Position numbers and translations under genes: made by a program
The notes under the pieces: model-generated
What the model was told of the DNA's origin: nothing
Database searches by the model: none
The model's input: only the letters and a program-made list of their open reading frames with translations
In this document: positions 26,850 to 40,540 of the stretch, one piece after another
How positions within the stretch are numbered: position 1 is the stretch's first letter
Layout of the letters: every line of letters starts with the position of its first letter
Assembly (NCBI RefSeq): GCF_006345805.1
Contig: NC_042998.1
Coordinates: 102,176,001 to 102,240,000, forward strand
Reading direction: 5' to 3'
DNA length: 64,000 bases
Source of the DNA: Octopus sinensis
Taxonomy: Eukaryota

Positions 26850-27620
26850 CATGACAGTCCCCCTTGCAGTGATCAGCAATAGACAGCACCATGCTGGTGT
26901 TCTATCTGCCTTCATACCCAGTCCCCATGTTCTCGATGTCTTAGGGGAAATATTGCCTTATGATTTTCAAGGAAGTAGTCCAGATGACTGTGCGGGAAAT
27001 GTACATTTACACTCATTTTGCAATCCAGTGCTCGCATACCGCTTAAGAAGGTCTGCACAAAATCTCCGTAACTTGATGGCTTCCTGTTTCTCAAGAAATC
27101 AGATACAACTGCAACAAAAGCATTCGATGCTTCTTTTTCAGTGCCAGACATGATCTCCTATAATATCTCGTCCTGCGATAGTCACCTAATGTGTCATCAA
27201 ACACTACAACCTTATTTTTCTCACAAGGCAAAGCTGGAAACTTTCTGTTTAAGTATTTGAAGCAGTCACTGTCTCAGTGTTTCAACACACTATATGGGAT
27301 GACCAAGATTTGTCTTGTCACCTAGTCTCATGCTAAAGTAAGTAAGAAGGTAGGGTAAGCTTTCTTCACAAAATCTGTGATTTTGTTCCACTGCCTAATC
27401 CAGAAAGAAGCAGACGATATCGGGACTGTTTTTACATACTCTTCTCTCACAACTGACGATATTTCTGAAATACAAAACATGTTCAAGTCCGTTATCAACT
27501 GGGAAAGCATTTTCAGAATAGTAAGCAAATGCAGGCTTATGATGGCAAAGTTCCATAAAGAGCAAATCATGAGGTTCTTTTTACAGTTTTTGACTATGCT
27601 CAAGAAAAAGTGACCTTGAC
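26850..27620 (-). mobile_element. Decayed, internally deleted DNA transposase remnant, Chapaev3-like
   Basis: KITDFVKKAY..QDKSWSSHIVC, FKYLNRKFP, and EKEA..DFLRNRK...CKMSVNVHFPHSHLDYFLEN resemble the MSxKxHFLHSHLDxFPEN family. The superfamily name is from memory. Confidence 0.55.
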
Positions 27621-30071
27621 CCATGTGGCCTCACAATCAAAGCATCAAGGGCACATTCAAAATACCAATTTTTATAAGAGTTCAACAAAACATGTCTTAT
27701 ATAGTTTGCATTAACAGTCACACTAAATTAAGCAAAGCGTGGGCATATCTGCAGATACATTCCGCAGGTATGAGACGTATGGTGTCAAAGCCACCAAAAT
27801 ATTTTGTTTCTTAACATCTAATTATATAAAGGACATTTCTATCATCATATGCTGTTTATTAGTTCACATTATATAAATGTTTTAAATTGTAAGAAATATT
27901 GACATATGCATGATTAATTTTAGTTAAACTGAGATATGAACATAGCTTTAAAACTATGCTCGCGTTGACAAGACTAGTAGGTGACGCCTGTGAACCTTAG
28001 CCCTATATCAGTCATCATCCAGCAAGCAGGTGATCACCAACCTTCCGGCCATTAATATTTTATATCAATTAATATATCATGTATTTCGGAATGTATCACT
28101 CTAGACGTTCAATTGTTTTCTGCTTTAGATAGTGCTTCTTTTATGTGGGAGATTTGGCTTTCAGTTTTAGGTTGAGTAATCACAGGAAACCTGTCCAGAC
28201 ACCACCATTACTTCAGGTAATGGGTTTTATTTGAAATGACCTAAACTTTTGACACGTGCTCATGTACCGGACGTTGTAATGATAAAATCCCGTAAATTGG
28301 ACTTTATCTTAAGCTGTACACATAATCTATAGAAAATATGATTAGGCAACGATGGTGAAGGTTGGTAATTTTGGGTGAGGGTAGCTGTAACTAAACACCT
28401 GTATTTTCATGGTAGAATGTGACCATAGCCGAGTGGCTTAAGATTTTATTGCATACTCATGAGATACCGAGTTCGAGCTTAGTACTTGGAATTTTGGGTA
28501 AGTATATTTTAGCTGTACTCTTAGCGCGATCACATATGCCATATTTCAATAGGTAGATACAAATTGTGTAAGTGTTGGTAGAACACTCACGCACTAACAT
28601 GTTAATTTAACGAATAGATACTTACTTTGACCCCCGATATATGAACGAACAACAGAGATTGATACTATTATATTTATCTCTATAAATATTGGCAAGACGT
28701 TTTGAAATTGCGTAAGAACATGATGAAATGCAGCCAGCCAGTTTATCCGTCTGTCTATGGATCTTACTTCTCACAGTTCTCACACATATCAGCAATGTTT
28801 TATTAAAACTAAATATAGATACCACTTAAATCTCTTGGGCACTTTCAGCAATTTCAGTTGTGTTGTAAATAAAAAAAAACATAATAATATTCAGAATGAA
28901 TTATTCAATAATTCCTATAAATCAAGTGATTGGTGGAACAAGACATGAAAACATAACTAGTGAGAAAATCGAAAGTTCTGAATTTTTGAACTTGCAAAAG
29001 CAGAAAATCAATTAGAACGGGGAGAAAATTAGAACAATCAAATTTGCAGTTTAACGAACAACACTTGCATTATGAGACATGCTTAAACATTTTTAAAAAG
29101 AATAATTTATTAATAAAAAGGTCGGGAAAATATCAATGTCCAAATCACTGACGTTTATTGTGAAGAATAACAAGGAAAGAAAAGTAATACTTGGTGTTTG
29201 TGCCGCATAATACAATTGATGTTAATGTTGACTTGAACGTCAAATTTTAAATCTAGTTCTTTGATCGTGATCAGTTCTATATAACACAGATCCGACATCA
29301 AAGCATCAACAGAAAATATTGAAATGTGAAGTGAAATATATGTAATGCACCAATGATGATAGGATAATGACATGTGATCAGATAAAATCAAAACCGAATA
29401 GCTTGGTAACACCAGAAGAGACTTCTGAGATCAATGGATAACACAATACTTTGGCGAGTATCTATGAAACGTAGAAAAAAAGTTAAATCTCTTTTGAAAT
29501 CTATCTCTAAGACTTAGATGACTTAAAGATGAATATATATACAACTAATTTAAAATTTTGAATCTCACTATAGTTCAGTAAGTCAACGCTGCCTGCTATA
29601 TTTTCGGACGTTTACTAAAAACGAGTTACTATTCATGATGAATACGCTCACAATCCTTGAAAGCAGCTCAAAAATTGTGACGTCAGTCATAGGAATGAAC
29701 GTTATTGTCTGCTCTTCAGCATTTTCTTTTCGTTATAAGTGGGATGTGTACAGAACGTACTAACTTACGAAAGAAAAGAAAAATACAATTCTTTTGTTAA
29801 CATTGATGTCATCTCAAAAGAATATATCTAACGTAAACATACATGGAAATTAACTTTGCTGTCTCATTAATAATATCTACAAAAACTTTTTTTGGACAAT
29901 GTTCAACATACGAGATAAAGAAACCAAGTTTCTCTGTGTTTATAAACATACGTAAATTGAGTATTAATATCATGTAAGCATATTACTGACTATTGTGTAA
30001 ATGAAATAAAAAATATTTTCACCCGATATGTTTCCAATTATGCATGCTGTATCGCTAACAGATATGTTCAT

Positions 30072-30181
<110 letters not shown>

Positions 30182-30217
30182 TGTATGTATGCATATATTA
30201 TATATATATATATACAT

Positions 30218-30280
<63 letters not shown>

Positions 30281-31465
30281 TATATATACACAAAGAGAGA
30301 GGGGGAGATATACATTTGTGTGTGTCTGTGTGTACTCATATACACACAGACACGCATATAGGGCACAATACATGGTCAATCAAAAGGTCTAGGATATATT
30401 TAAGTATTAGAATTTAAAAACTATTTTAGGAAGTTCTTGGAATATAACATACATTACTTTCATGCTTTCAATGTTTGGTGAAAAGTGCGCTGGAAACCCG
30501 ACCCTAAGTTTTTACGTAACTGACGTGCGGAGAGCTTAATTTGCACATATGTGCTTAATCGGCTGTTCATTTAGGTAAACACACATTCAGCAAAACGTAG
30601 TGTGAATAGAGGACTAAAATGGCACATGGTGATAACATAAATGAAGTCTTTCTACGTTTTCGAAGTGCAGCACTTCGAAATTAAGGAACATATAAAATGA
30701 TAGAGGCGTCTGTAAAAATTTGTATATAATCAGTGGAAAAATCATATGTGATTACTTGCATCGGACAATATTGTAAAGGCATATGTAATGTTGTCGAGTT
30801 ATTTCTCTCCTCTGAATTGTAGAGGAAATACTGAGAAAGTACTGTTATTCTCCGTAGATTTTTCTATTTCCCAAAAAACACTCGCTTTCAAATTTAACTC
30901 TCTTTTATACACTGTCAAATTATCTTGCAAATAAAAGTTTCAGAAAATTAAGGCATGCGTAGATAAAGAAACATAACCATTACGGACAAAACACCAACTT
31001 TAGAAAGAACGTATTGGACGGTCACCGTTAGATTATCTTTGACAATACCGTTGCTCAATTATCGGTCGACTTAAAGCTAAGGAAAAAAAACAATTTATCA
31101 TATTTGACACTTGTCATAAATGCGCAGATTCTATCACTACGCTACAACCGGAAGGGATATATCAGACATTATCGATCCAAACGTCTAAATCTGATTTCAT
31201 CATATTTCTGACGCTCGTAGCTTCTTTCGGTCAATTGTTACTTCATATCCAATCTTGATAGAAAATAAGATTGAGTTGGCTACAGCTCCTACCCTGCTAG
31301 GCATTTGTAATAAGTTCCTAACGTATTATTTCGCAGCTTTACAAAAATGTCAATTGCAATCAATTCAATTGTTTAAGACACACACGTGTTTGCTTGTTCG
31401 TCTATGTGTGTCCGTGTGTATGCATGTATACAAATTTACTTATATGTATATACATATATACATAC

Positions 31466-31512
<47 letters not shown>

Positions 31513-31570
31513 TGTATCTCCATAAACATATACACATGTATCAGAATCTTCATACATATGTATACTTATG

Positions 31571-31609
<39 letters not shown>

Positions 31610-32154
31610 CTGTGTGTGTGTTTATGTGTGTGTGTGTGTGTGTGTATAATATGAATGTATGCATGCATATATGGATGTAGGCATGTATGCATGCATGTGT
31701 GTATATGTGTATGTTACTATCGTGAACTATTAAGGAAGGAAGTGATCATATCACTACTTTCAACTAAGATGAAAATTAGCCTGAAAGGAAATAGAAGAGA
31801 ATATTTTTTCCCGTTTATGAAAGAAAACTTTATTGGTATATATTTTTTTCTTAGTTTATGACATGAATTGTTTTTTTCTTATAGCACTTTTATAATGATC
31901 AATTATAGTAATTACACGATAGAAATTTTATTGAGAAAGTCTACAAGTCTTCTTGAATTCCTCGTGAGTTTTTACAGTATATATGTTTTACGCTTTTAAT
32001 CATGACGCCACCCCCATTCTATAAGAAATACTTAGAAATATAAATGTGAATCTCGGTTCAATAAACAAGTCTACTATCCAATAACAGAAAAGCAAAATTA
32101 TGCCACATAGCAAATAACAACATGGTTTCTTAGTGACTAAAATTTATCACGAAA

Positions 32155-32341
32155 GCATGAAATAAAAACCTTTATCATCATCATCATCATCATCATCATC
32201 ATTATCTCATCATCATCATCATCGTCATCATCACCATCATCATCATCATCATCATCATCAACATCATCCTCCTCCTCATCATCATCATCATCATTATCAT
32301 CATCATCGTCGTCACCATCATTATCATCATCATTATTATTC
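32155..32341. repeat. (CAT)n microsatellite
   Basis: Direct interrupted run. Confidence 0.9.
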
Positions 32342-32567
32342 AGTGAGAGAGCAGCGCATGCTATCAAAGTGACACTGGAACTCAGTTATAGGAAGCCCAG
32401 TATACCCTTTATGACTACCCGTGTGATTAGGGTACACCAGACACATGCATTACAACAATATGTGCGTGACATGGTGAACTTATATCAAGGCAAACAACAA
32501 GACCTTGCATGTAGGGTCCAGTAAGATGTTTCTTCAGGATGAGTAGCCCATTCCACACAAAAGGTCA
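32342..32567 (-). mobile_element. Non-coding repeat ending ...ctgctctctcact-(AAT)n, copy 1
   Basis: Homologous to 33300-33450 (opposite strand) and 34795-35228. Confidence 0.7.
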
Positions 32568-32625
32568 ATAATAATAATAATAATAATGATAATAATATTA
32601 ATAATGATAATAATAATAACAATAA

Positions 32626-32694
<69 letters not shown>

Positions 32695-32699
32695 GACCA

Positions 32700-33170
32700 C
32701 AAACCTGATGGCATTGTCGGAAATAGAAATTAAAAAATCCTATGGGAGTTTATGATTCAGTAAGACCATGAGATTGACAATAGCAAGCCGGACATTAATT
32801 GAGAAAGAAAGAAAACGATGCTGGATCATAGATATAGGCTACCCAGGGGACAACAAAAGTATGTGATAAGGAAGAAAGAAAAGTCGAGAGTTTTGACAGG
32901 TTAGCTTGGGAAGTTAAGCAGTTGCGGTCGATGAAATAAGTAGCAGTAGTAGCAATAATTTTCGGAGCCCTGGGAATAGTGAGCAAAAATCTCGAGAAGT
33001 AAGTGGAACAAATAGGGTCTGCAATAAGAGTGGAGCACTTGCAGAAAACAGCACTGTTTAGAACCGCTCGAATACTCCGGAAGGTCCTCGACAAATAAGA
33101 GGTATTACCTTAGTTCTCTGGTGGTGAACAGCTGACACTGTAGTACATCTTCAGCGTTAGAAGCTGTGTA
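32700..33170 (+). mobile_element. R4/Dong-type LINE 3' fragment (RLE domain)
   Basis: KILWEFMIQ..KPDI..WIIDIGYPGD..GALG..LQKTALFRTARILRKVLD; (AAT)n on both sides. Confidence 0.8.
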
Positions 33171-33219
33171 AATAAATAAATAGATAAATAAATAAATAAT
33201 AATAATAATAATAATAGGC

Positions 33220-33297
<78 letters not shown>

Positions 33298-33299
33298 TT

Positions 33300-33450
33300 T
33301 GATGCTGATCTTGGCCCGTAATAATAATTGTGATGCATGTGCCTTATCAGACAGGCAACCCTTATCAGACAGGTGATCATGGTGGGTATATTGGTTTCGT
33401 ATAATTGTACCCAGTGTCACGTCATTAGCATGCGCTGTTCTCTCACTGAA
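33300..33450 (+). mobile_element. Non-coding repeat, copy 2
   Basis: Ends gtgtcac..catgcgctgttctctcactg followed by an AAT/GAT-rich tract. Confidence 0.6.
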
Positions 33451-33689
33451 TGATAATAATGATGATGTGGGTGATGATGATGGTGGTGGTAAATTTTATT
33501 TCATGCTGTTGTGATACAGTTTTAATCACAAAGAAATGATGTTGTTATTTCCTTTTTGGCATAATTTTGCTTTATGTTATTGGATAGTGTGCCTTTTTGA
33601 ACGAACCGAGATAGACGTTTTAGTCCAAGTATTTCTTATAGAATTAGTAATATAATTAACATTATACCTACCGAAAATGCGATGCACCC

Positions 33690-34455
33690 ACAAACATTTA
33701 CGAAACAAGATGAAGAAGAAACTGTAAACTACTGGAAAATGAAAGCACTGCATAGGTAATACCTCAGATCAATCGAAGCAAAAGACAATATCAACACTTA
33801 GACGTTGCTAAGAAAAAGTGATCTGAAAGGTTGCACTGAGGCATTGATATGCAGCGCTCAAGAACAAGCTCTGGGATTTAATTACACCAAGTTCCAAATA
33901 GATAAGAGTAGTGAATCGCTCCTTTGTAGGTTGTGTGGCAGTAGAAACGAAACAATCTCACATATTGTGAGTGTAGTAATCTGGTCCAAAAGCACTAGAA
34001 AAGGAAGCTCGATAACGTGGGTAAGTTCGTGTACTCGAGGCTATGTGAATAGAGCAAGGAAATGATACGAACATGAACCAAAAGGAATCATCAAGAACAT
34101 GGAACGTAAGATACTGCGGGACTTTACAATCAAATGTGACTTCGTAATCGAGGCTCAGAGACTTGATAACGTAGTAGATAAAGGAAAAAAAAAGAAGCCA
34201 AGATCATAGATATTGCAAAACTTGGAGATGTACGCATAAGTGACAAAGAACTAGAAAATATTGAAAAGTACAGAGTACTAAAAGACAAAATTGCAAGAAT
34301 GTGGACCATGAGGTGAGTGTCTGCCATTCCAGTAGTTGTAGGGGCACTTGGAGCAATACCAAGCAAGTTCGGGAAGTATGTCAAAGGAATCGCAATTCAC
34401 ATGAAAGCAGAGGAAGCCCACGAAACCGCTCACGTGGGGACAGTTAGGATCTTGA
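33690..34455 (+). mobile_element. R4/Dong-type LINE 3' fragment (zinc knuckle + RLE)
   Basis: LRKSDLKGCTEALICSAQEQAL..CRLCGSRNETISHIVS; IIDIA; IPVVVGALG. Confidence 0.8.
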
Positions 34456-34665
34456 GATTTATATTTTGATGTTGAATGTCTCCCACGATAAATAACAACC
34501 GAATATCAAAGCTTATAATGTACGGAAACATACCCTGTGAGACGCTCTCACAGAATATACCAGAACAAACAAGACTGAACGTCCTGAAAACTAAAACAAT
34601 AACAACAACAACAATAACAACGACGACGACAACAACAACAACAGCAACAACAACAACAACAACAA

Positions 34666-34719
<54 letters not shown>

Positions 34720-34763
34720 TATTATTATTATTATTATTGTTATTATTATTATTATTATTATTA

Positions 34764-34794
<31 letters not shown>

Positions 34795-35228
34795 GAGTGA
34801 GAGAGCAGTGCATGCCATCAAAGTGACACTGGGGTAAAATATACAAAGCCCAGTATACCCAACATGACTACTCTTCTAGTCGGGTAATCCATCCTGCTTA
34901 AAGGGTCCCTGAATAAGGGTTGTTTAAGGACGTTGAATGAAATACCTAGGATTCCAGAGGTGAATTATTCGAACCCCAAAGAATCCCTTTCAACACAAGG
35001 CTATGATGCTCCCCCACTATTTCTACTCTTGATAAGAAATGCACATATCGTTAGCTACTAAGGGACATGCTCAACTGGTTAAGGTCAAATAACTGACAAG
35101 CAAATCTTTGGTATTGAGCAGACTATTTACTGTAGCCCTACTTTTATACCAAGACAAACCAATGTACACGACAACACTTCTAATCAGTTAAGATCAGAAG
35201 CCATGAGAGCCACTGCCTGGCACTGCAT
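34795..35228 (-). mobile_element. Non-coding repeat, copy 3 (longest), inside (AAT)n
   Basis: Flanked by (ATT)n on the plus strand at both ends; homologous to the copies at 32.3 and 33.3 kb. Confidence 0.7.
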
Positions 35229-35244
35229 TATTATTATTATTATA

Positions 35245-35285
<41 letters not shown>

Positions 35286-35332
35286 GATTGTTGTTGTTGT
35301 TGTTGTTGTTATTATTATTATTATTATTATTA

Positions 35333-37660
35333 TCCAGTAGTTTTTTTTATCGTGCGTTCACTTCACTACCGAGCTCAGCTCTGTATGCCTTGGGTATGCG
35401 CTGTGTTTTGTTGTGATGCTCTGATGGTTACTGTATTGAAAGTGTTTTGCGTAGGATGTGTGCAGTGCCTAGTAGTGCAATTTTCTGTATGTTATATGTG
35501 TTTGTAAGTCCTGGTGTTTTTGTTATATATTTGTCTGAATATTTTTTTATCATGCCTAATGCACCTACTATGATAGGAATTGTTTCTGTTTTTAGATTCC
35601 ACATACTGGTTACCTCAATTTCCAAGTCTTTGTATTTTGAAAGTTTCTCCATTTCTTTTAGAGATACGTTGTCATCTGCCGGTATTGATACATCAATTAG
35701 AAAGCATTTTTTTCTTCATGATCTCTGACATCTATATCTGGTCTGTTGGACTTAATTTCCCTATCTGTGTGTATCGGCATATCCCAGAGTATGGTTGCTT
35801 TCTCGTTTTCTGCAACCTTTTCTGGTGTGTGCCTATACCATCTGTTTTCTGTTGTTATTCCATGATGTTGACATAGCTTCCAGTGTATGTAGGTTCCAAC
35901 TCTGTCATGTCTGTGAATATATTCCTTCTTAGCCAGGACTGGGCAGCCAGAGATAATATGATTTATTGTTTCTTTTCCATCTCCACATATTCTGCAGTTA
36001 CTTGTTATATTTAGTTTCATTACATGTTTTTGGTAATTTCTGGTGGGGAGGCTTTGGTGTTGTGCTGCAATTAAAAATCCCTCTGTCTCTGCTTTGAGTC
36101 CTGAGCTCCTCAACCATTGCTCGGATTTTTCTTTGTCTATTTCTTTTGCGTTTAGTTTAGTCCAGTATTTACCATGAAGGGGCTTTTCTTGTCATCGTTT
36201 TATCATGGTCCGTTGCTGTTCAAGCTTTAGTTCGGATTTCATTTTTTTTATAGCTTTTGTTGTTTCTTCTTCTTCTCTTCTTCTTCTTCTTCTTCTTCTT
36301 CTTCTTCTTCTTCTTCTTTTCTTCTTCTTCTTCTTCTTCTCTTCTTCTTCTTCTCTTCTTCTTTTCTTCTTCTTCTTCTTCTTCTTCTCTTCTTCTTCTT
36401 TTCTTCTTCTTCTTCTTCTTCTCTTCTTCTTCTTCTTCTTCTTCATATTTATTAAGTGGTATGATTTTTTGTTTGTATTTGTCAGCTTCCTTAAATACTG
36501 AGAACAGTTTTTTGTTTTGCTCGTGTTTTGCCGCTATTTGTAACAGTTTTCCTTCCTTCTAAAGTAGATATTTTTGCTGTCCTATGGTGGTTATTTTATA
36601 GTAGTTTTCCAGCTGTATAAGGGCTCTACAACCTTCTATACGTTGTATATATAGTCCTTCTATGTCAGATTTAGGGTGCTGCATCCTAGATCCTGTCATT
36701 ATTTTCCTTTTCCTCTCTATTTTGATTAGTTCATTTAGTGTCTAGTTAAGGATATTGTAGCTGTAACATATAACTGGGACAGCTAAAGTGTTAATACCTA
36801 TTATCTTGTTTTTAGCATTAAGCTCTGTTTTTAGTATTGATCTAACTCGTCTATAATATTCTTTTTATATTTTCTCTTTCATTTGTGTGTGTTGTGTCTG
36901 ATCTAGTTCAGGGATTCCTAAATATTTGTAAGGTTGGCTTTGATCTAATTCTCTTATTTCATTGGCATTATCTAGCGTGATGTTGCTACTCTTAAATGGT
37001 TTTCCTCTCTTCATGGTTACTTTGGCGCACTTTTCTAATCCAAATTTCATATCTATTTCTTTGGTAAATCCATGAACTGTCTTTAATAGTGTTTCCAGCT
37101 GTTTGTCATTTGCAGCGTATAGTTTTATGTCATCCATATATAAAAGGTGGCTGATCGTTTTGCCGTAACATCATTTCTGCTCTTCTGGAAACAGGTTGTT
37201 TTCGTCCAGGTGCTTTTTCAACATTTGCGATATCACTGCAGTATATGCCTTGTACATTGTAGGGAAACGGGTTATTGGTCTGTAGTTTTCTGGTTTTGCT
37301 GTCTCATTTGATTTGGGAATTAAGATGGTTTTCTCCTTCGTGAGCCATTCAGGCATTGTCTCTGGCTCTGCTAGTATATTGTTAAAGTTTTCAGCCAGCT
37401 TTTTGTGCATTCCTGTTAGATATTTCAACCAGAAGTTGGGGATCATGTCATACGCAGGTGCCTTTCAGTTGTTTAGTCTTGTCAGTGCCTGGGTGACCTC
37501 TTCAGTTTTTATGGGGGTCCAAAGTGGCTCAGATGCTGAGTTTGTTGTTTTAATACTCTTTTTTTTTTGGTTGTTCGTTCGCTGACCATATTTCTCTCCA
37601 GAATTCTTCCACTTCTTCTGCCGTTGGTGCTGCAGTGATTTCTATTTTATTTTTGCCAAG
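35333..37660 (-). mobile_element. R4/Dong-clade LINE, 5'-truncated with an internal RT deletion and a (GAA)n expansion
   Basis: NYRPIT, HLLYMDDIKLY, YKYLG, LKAETEGFLIAAQ, CRICGDGKETINHIISGC, RPD, IDVSIP, LLGTAHILRKTLSIQ*; (TAA)n flanks on the element's sense strand. Confidence 0.9.
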
Positions 37661-37670
37661 TTCATGGTAC

Positions 37671-37724
<54 letters not shown>

Positions 37725-38024
37725 TGATGAATATGATGATGACTAGAATGAAGGTAATTTTGACAATTTCACATTTTGATAAAAGGCAGTCGAGGTTTAG
37801 AAGAGCAGGCAATTCTCAACTGGCACCGTTTAGCGACCCCGAGAGGATGAAAGGCAAAGCCTACCTCCATAGAATTTAAGCTGATATAACAAGAAGGATA
37901 CTACAATATTCTAACATATATGACAATTGTGGGAACTAATAATACTTCCACATTTTGTCACAGGGGCAATTTTTCAGCTTAAGGGATTATTCGATTACGT
38001 TGATCCTAGTATCTTTTATCTGTT

Positions 38025-38345
38025 GTCTGTTTCAGTCATTAGATTGTGGGCATGTTGGGGCACCGCCTTAAAGAACCGGTCCCAGTAAATTTTGAAATCC
38101 TGGTGTTTATTCTAACAGTGTCTTTTTGCCGAACGTCTATGTTACGGGAACGTAAATAAACCCACACCGGTTCTCAAGCCGTGACGGGTCACAAACACAA
38201 ACTGCAAGACACATACGCACACATTCACACAGAATGTACACACATACACACACTGACACACACTCACACAGACAGACACACACACACACCAATATAAATA
38301 GTCTACGGGCTTCTTTCAATTTCCATCCACCAAATCCACTCACAA
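38025..38345 (-). mobile_element. tRNA-derived SINE (3' and central part)
   Basis: Reverse complement matches 58519-58905, including the internal (GT)n and tgactgaaac end. Confidence 0.75.
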
Positions 38346-38399
38346 AACCTGGTGTGCAGTGCCCAGGAGGACACTCTCCGAAGAAGCTATATTAAACTT

Positions 38400-38975
38400 T
38401 ATCTTAACAAAATGAAAGAATCACTGTTATGCATTTTGTGTGGAGCAAAAGGAGAAACGGGCAGCCATCTTGTAAATGATTGTGCTAAGTTGGCACTGCG
38501 AGAGTACAAAAGACGATTGTGGAAATGTTTCGGGGTATATCCACTTGATGATGTCTGAGAAATTTGTCTTAATCCGAGCGGCTAAATAGTATCAATAGAT
38601 CCTAGAAGTTGTTTTTGAGTATGACAAATTATAATTTGTGTGGTATTTCACCATTCATATTATAAAATGATTGAGGCAAAAAAGCCAGATATTGCAGTTG
38701 TCAATAAGAAAGAAAGAGAGGACCAAATTATTGATATAGTAGCGTGAAAGATAAACAGCCTGAAAGGAAGAAGTATGAGTCACTAAATGATGAGGTTAAA
38801 AAGTTGTTGTGGAAGATGAATGTTTTTGTGATTCAAATGGTGATCGGAGCATTGGGATGGATATCGAATAATTTTGAGAATTGTGTAAATAAATTCAGAA
38901 TTGATGCAAAATTACAGCAAGGATTTGGGGGAAAGACTTGACTATGTAAGACATACGAGAGGAGCTGCACGGCAC
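38400..38975 (+). mobile_element. Decayed R4/Dong-type LINE 3' fragment
   Basis: LCILCGAKGETGSHLVNDCAKLALREYKRR; KPDIAVV; VIGALG. Confidence 0.7.
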
Positions 38976-39909
38976 CTTTGTTAACTTGTTGTTTACTGTT
39001 CTGAAATATCCGGACCATTTAACATCGCAGTGTCAGACGTTTACAAAAATATAACGTAATATAAACAAAATTATGATAATGATCATCATTATTGGGGAAC
39101 ACTAAACACACAGCGATAAACGTGCCGATGTCAAGGAGTACGAAGCGTAACAAACACACAAATTAACCAGGTAAACTCAATGAGTTTGCAGCTCGGAATG
39201 TGTAGAAGAAAGTCCCTGCCATCTAGCAGCATCGTTGGGCGGTGGATGGACCAGTTAAACATCTTAGGGTCTAGTTCGACTTGAACATCCAAGTGCTGCT
39301 CTACCAATAGATAATTGTATGTCTTATATTTAATCACTCGAAGTAATTATATTGGAAAGTATTAACTTTTTAACGGCACTCTTAGAGCCGGATCTTCCTC
39401 AACTGAGAGTTTGGAATCATATTGGAATGCAACGTTTCCAACGACAGTGATTCAAAATGCAATGGATACATAATTCAGATATTCCTGAATCTCGACTATA
39501 TTCTTGAGCTCTACCAATACGTTTCAAGTACACTTTCGTGCTTCGTTTGCGCGGCCGATGTCCGTCTGTGTTTTTGTGTGTATATGTGTATGTGTGAGTG
39601 CGAGGGAAGAAAGTGTATCAGAAAGAGAGAGAGACATAGCGATCACTAAATTACGGAAGAATGATGGGTACGTATTAAGTGAGTGCGGTGTAGAATATTT
39701 TAAAACAATACGTCAGAAAGAAAACCCTACCAACTTTGCTTTGTCCACTTATGGAAATACAGTTTTATCAAATCTAATGACCTTCTGAAATATAATATTA
39801 TTTCGATACTCCCGCTTGATGATGTGTTAGGCTTAATGTATATATAAATATTTTGTTATTTTTTATACGTCCAACAACGTGCTGTCACACACCAACTCTC
39901 TCACTTATA

Positions 39910-40046
<137 letters not shown>

Positions 40047-40403
40047 CTGTGTGTATACATATACATATACACACACACATGTGTATGTGTATATATACAT
40101 ATTTAACTATATATATATACATATACGCAGACGTGAATTTCCGGGCATGTGTGTGCGCACGCGCGTGTGTATTATCCCCATAACAGCGAGAAATCAGAAT
40201 TACTAAAGTAAAATGTATATTTTGAAAGACGTAGCTATTAACATTGATAAAAACTATATAGCAATGTAAGCACATTTTATTTCACACACGCATACATATA
40301 TCTGCATACGCTCATATATTTATATGCGACTGTGCCTGTAGTACACATACAAACACAAGTTACACACAAAAGCACTCCCCACACAGTACACACACACATA
40401 TAT

Positions 40404-40456
<53 letters not shown>

Positions 40457-40497
40457 GTATGTATGTATATATATATATGTTTTTGTGTGTGCTGGTT

Positions 40498-40540
<43 letters not shown>

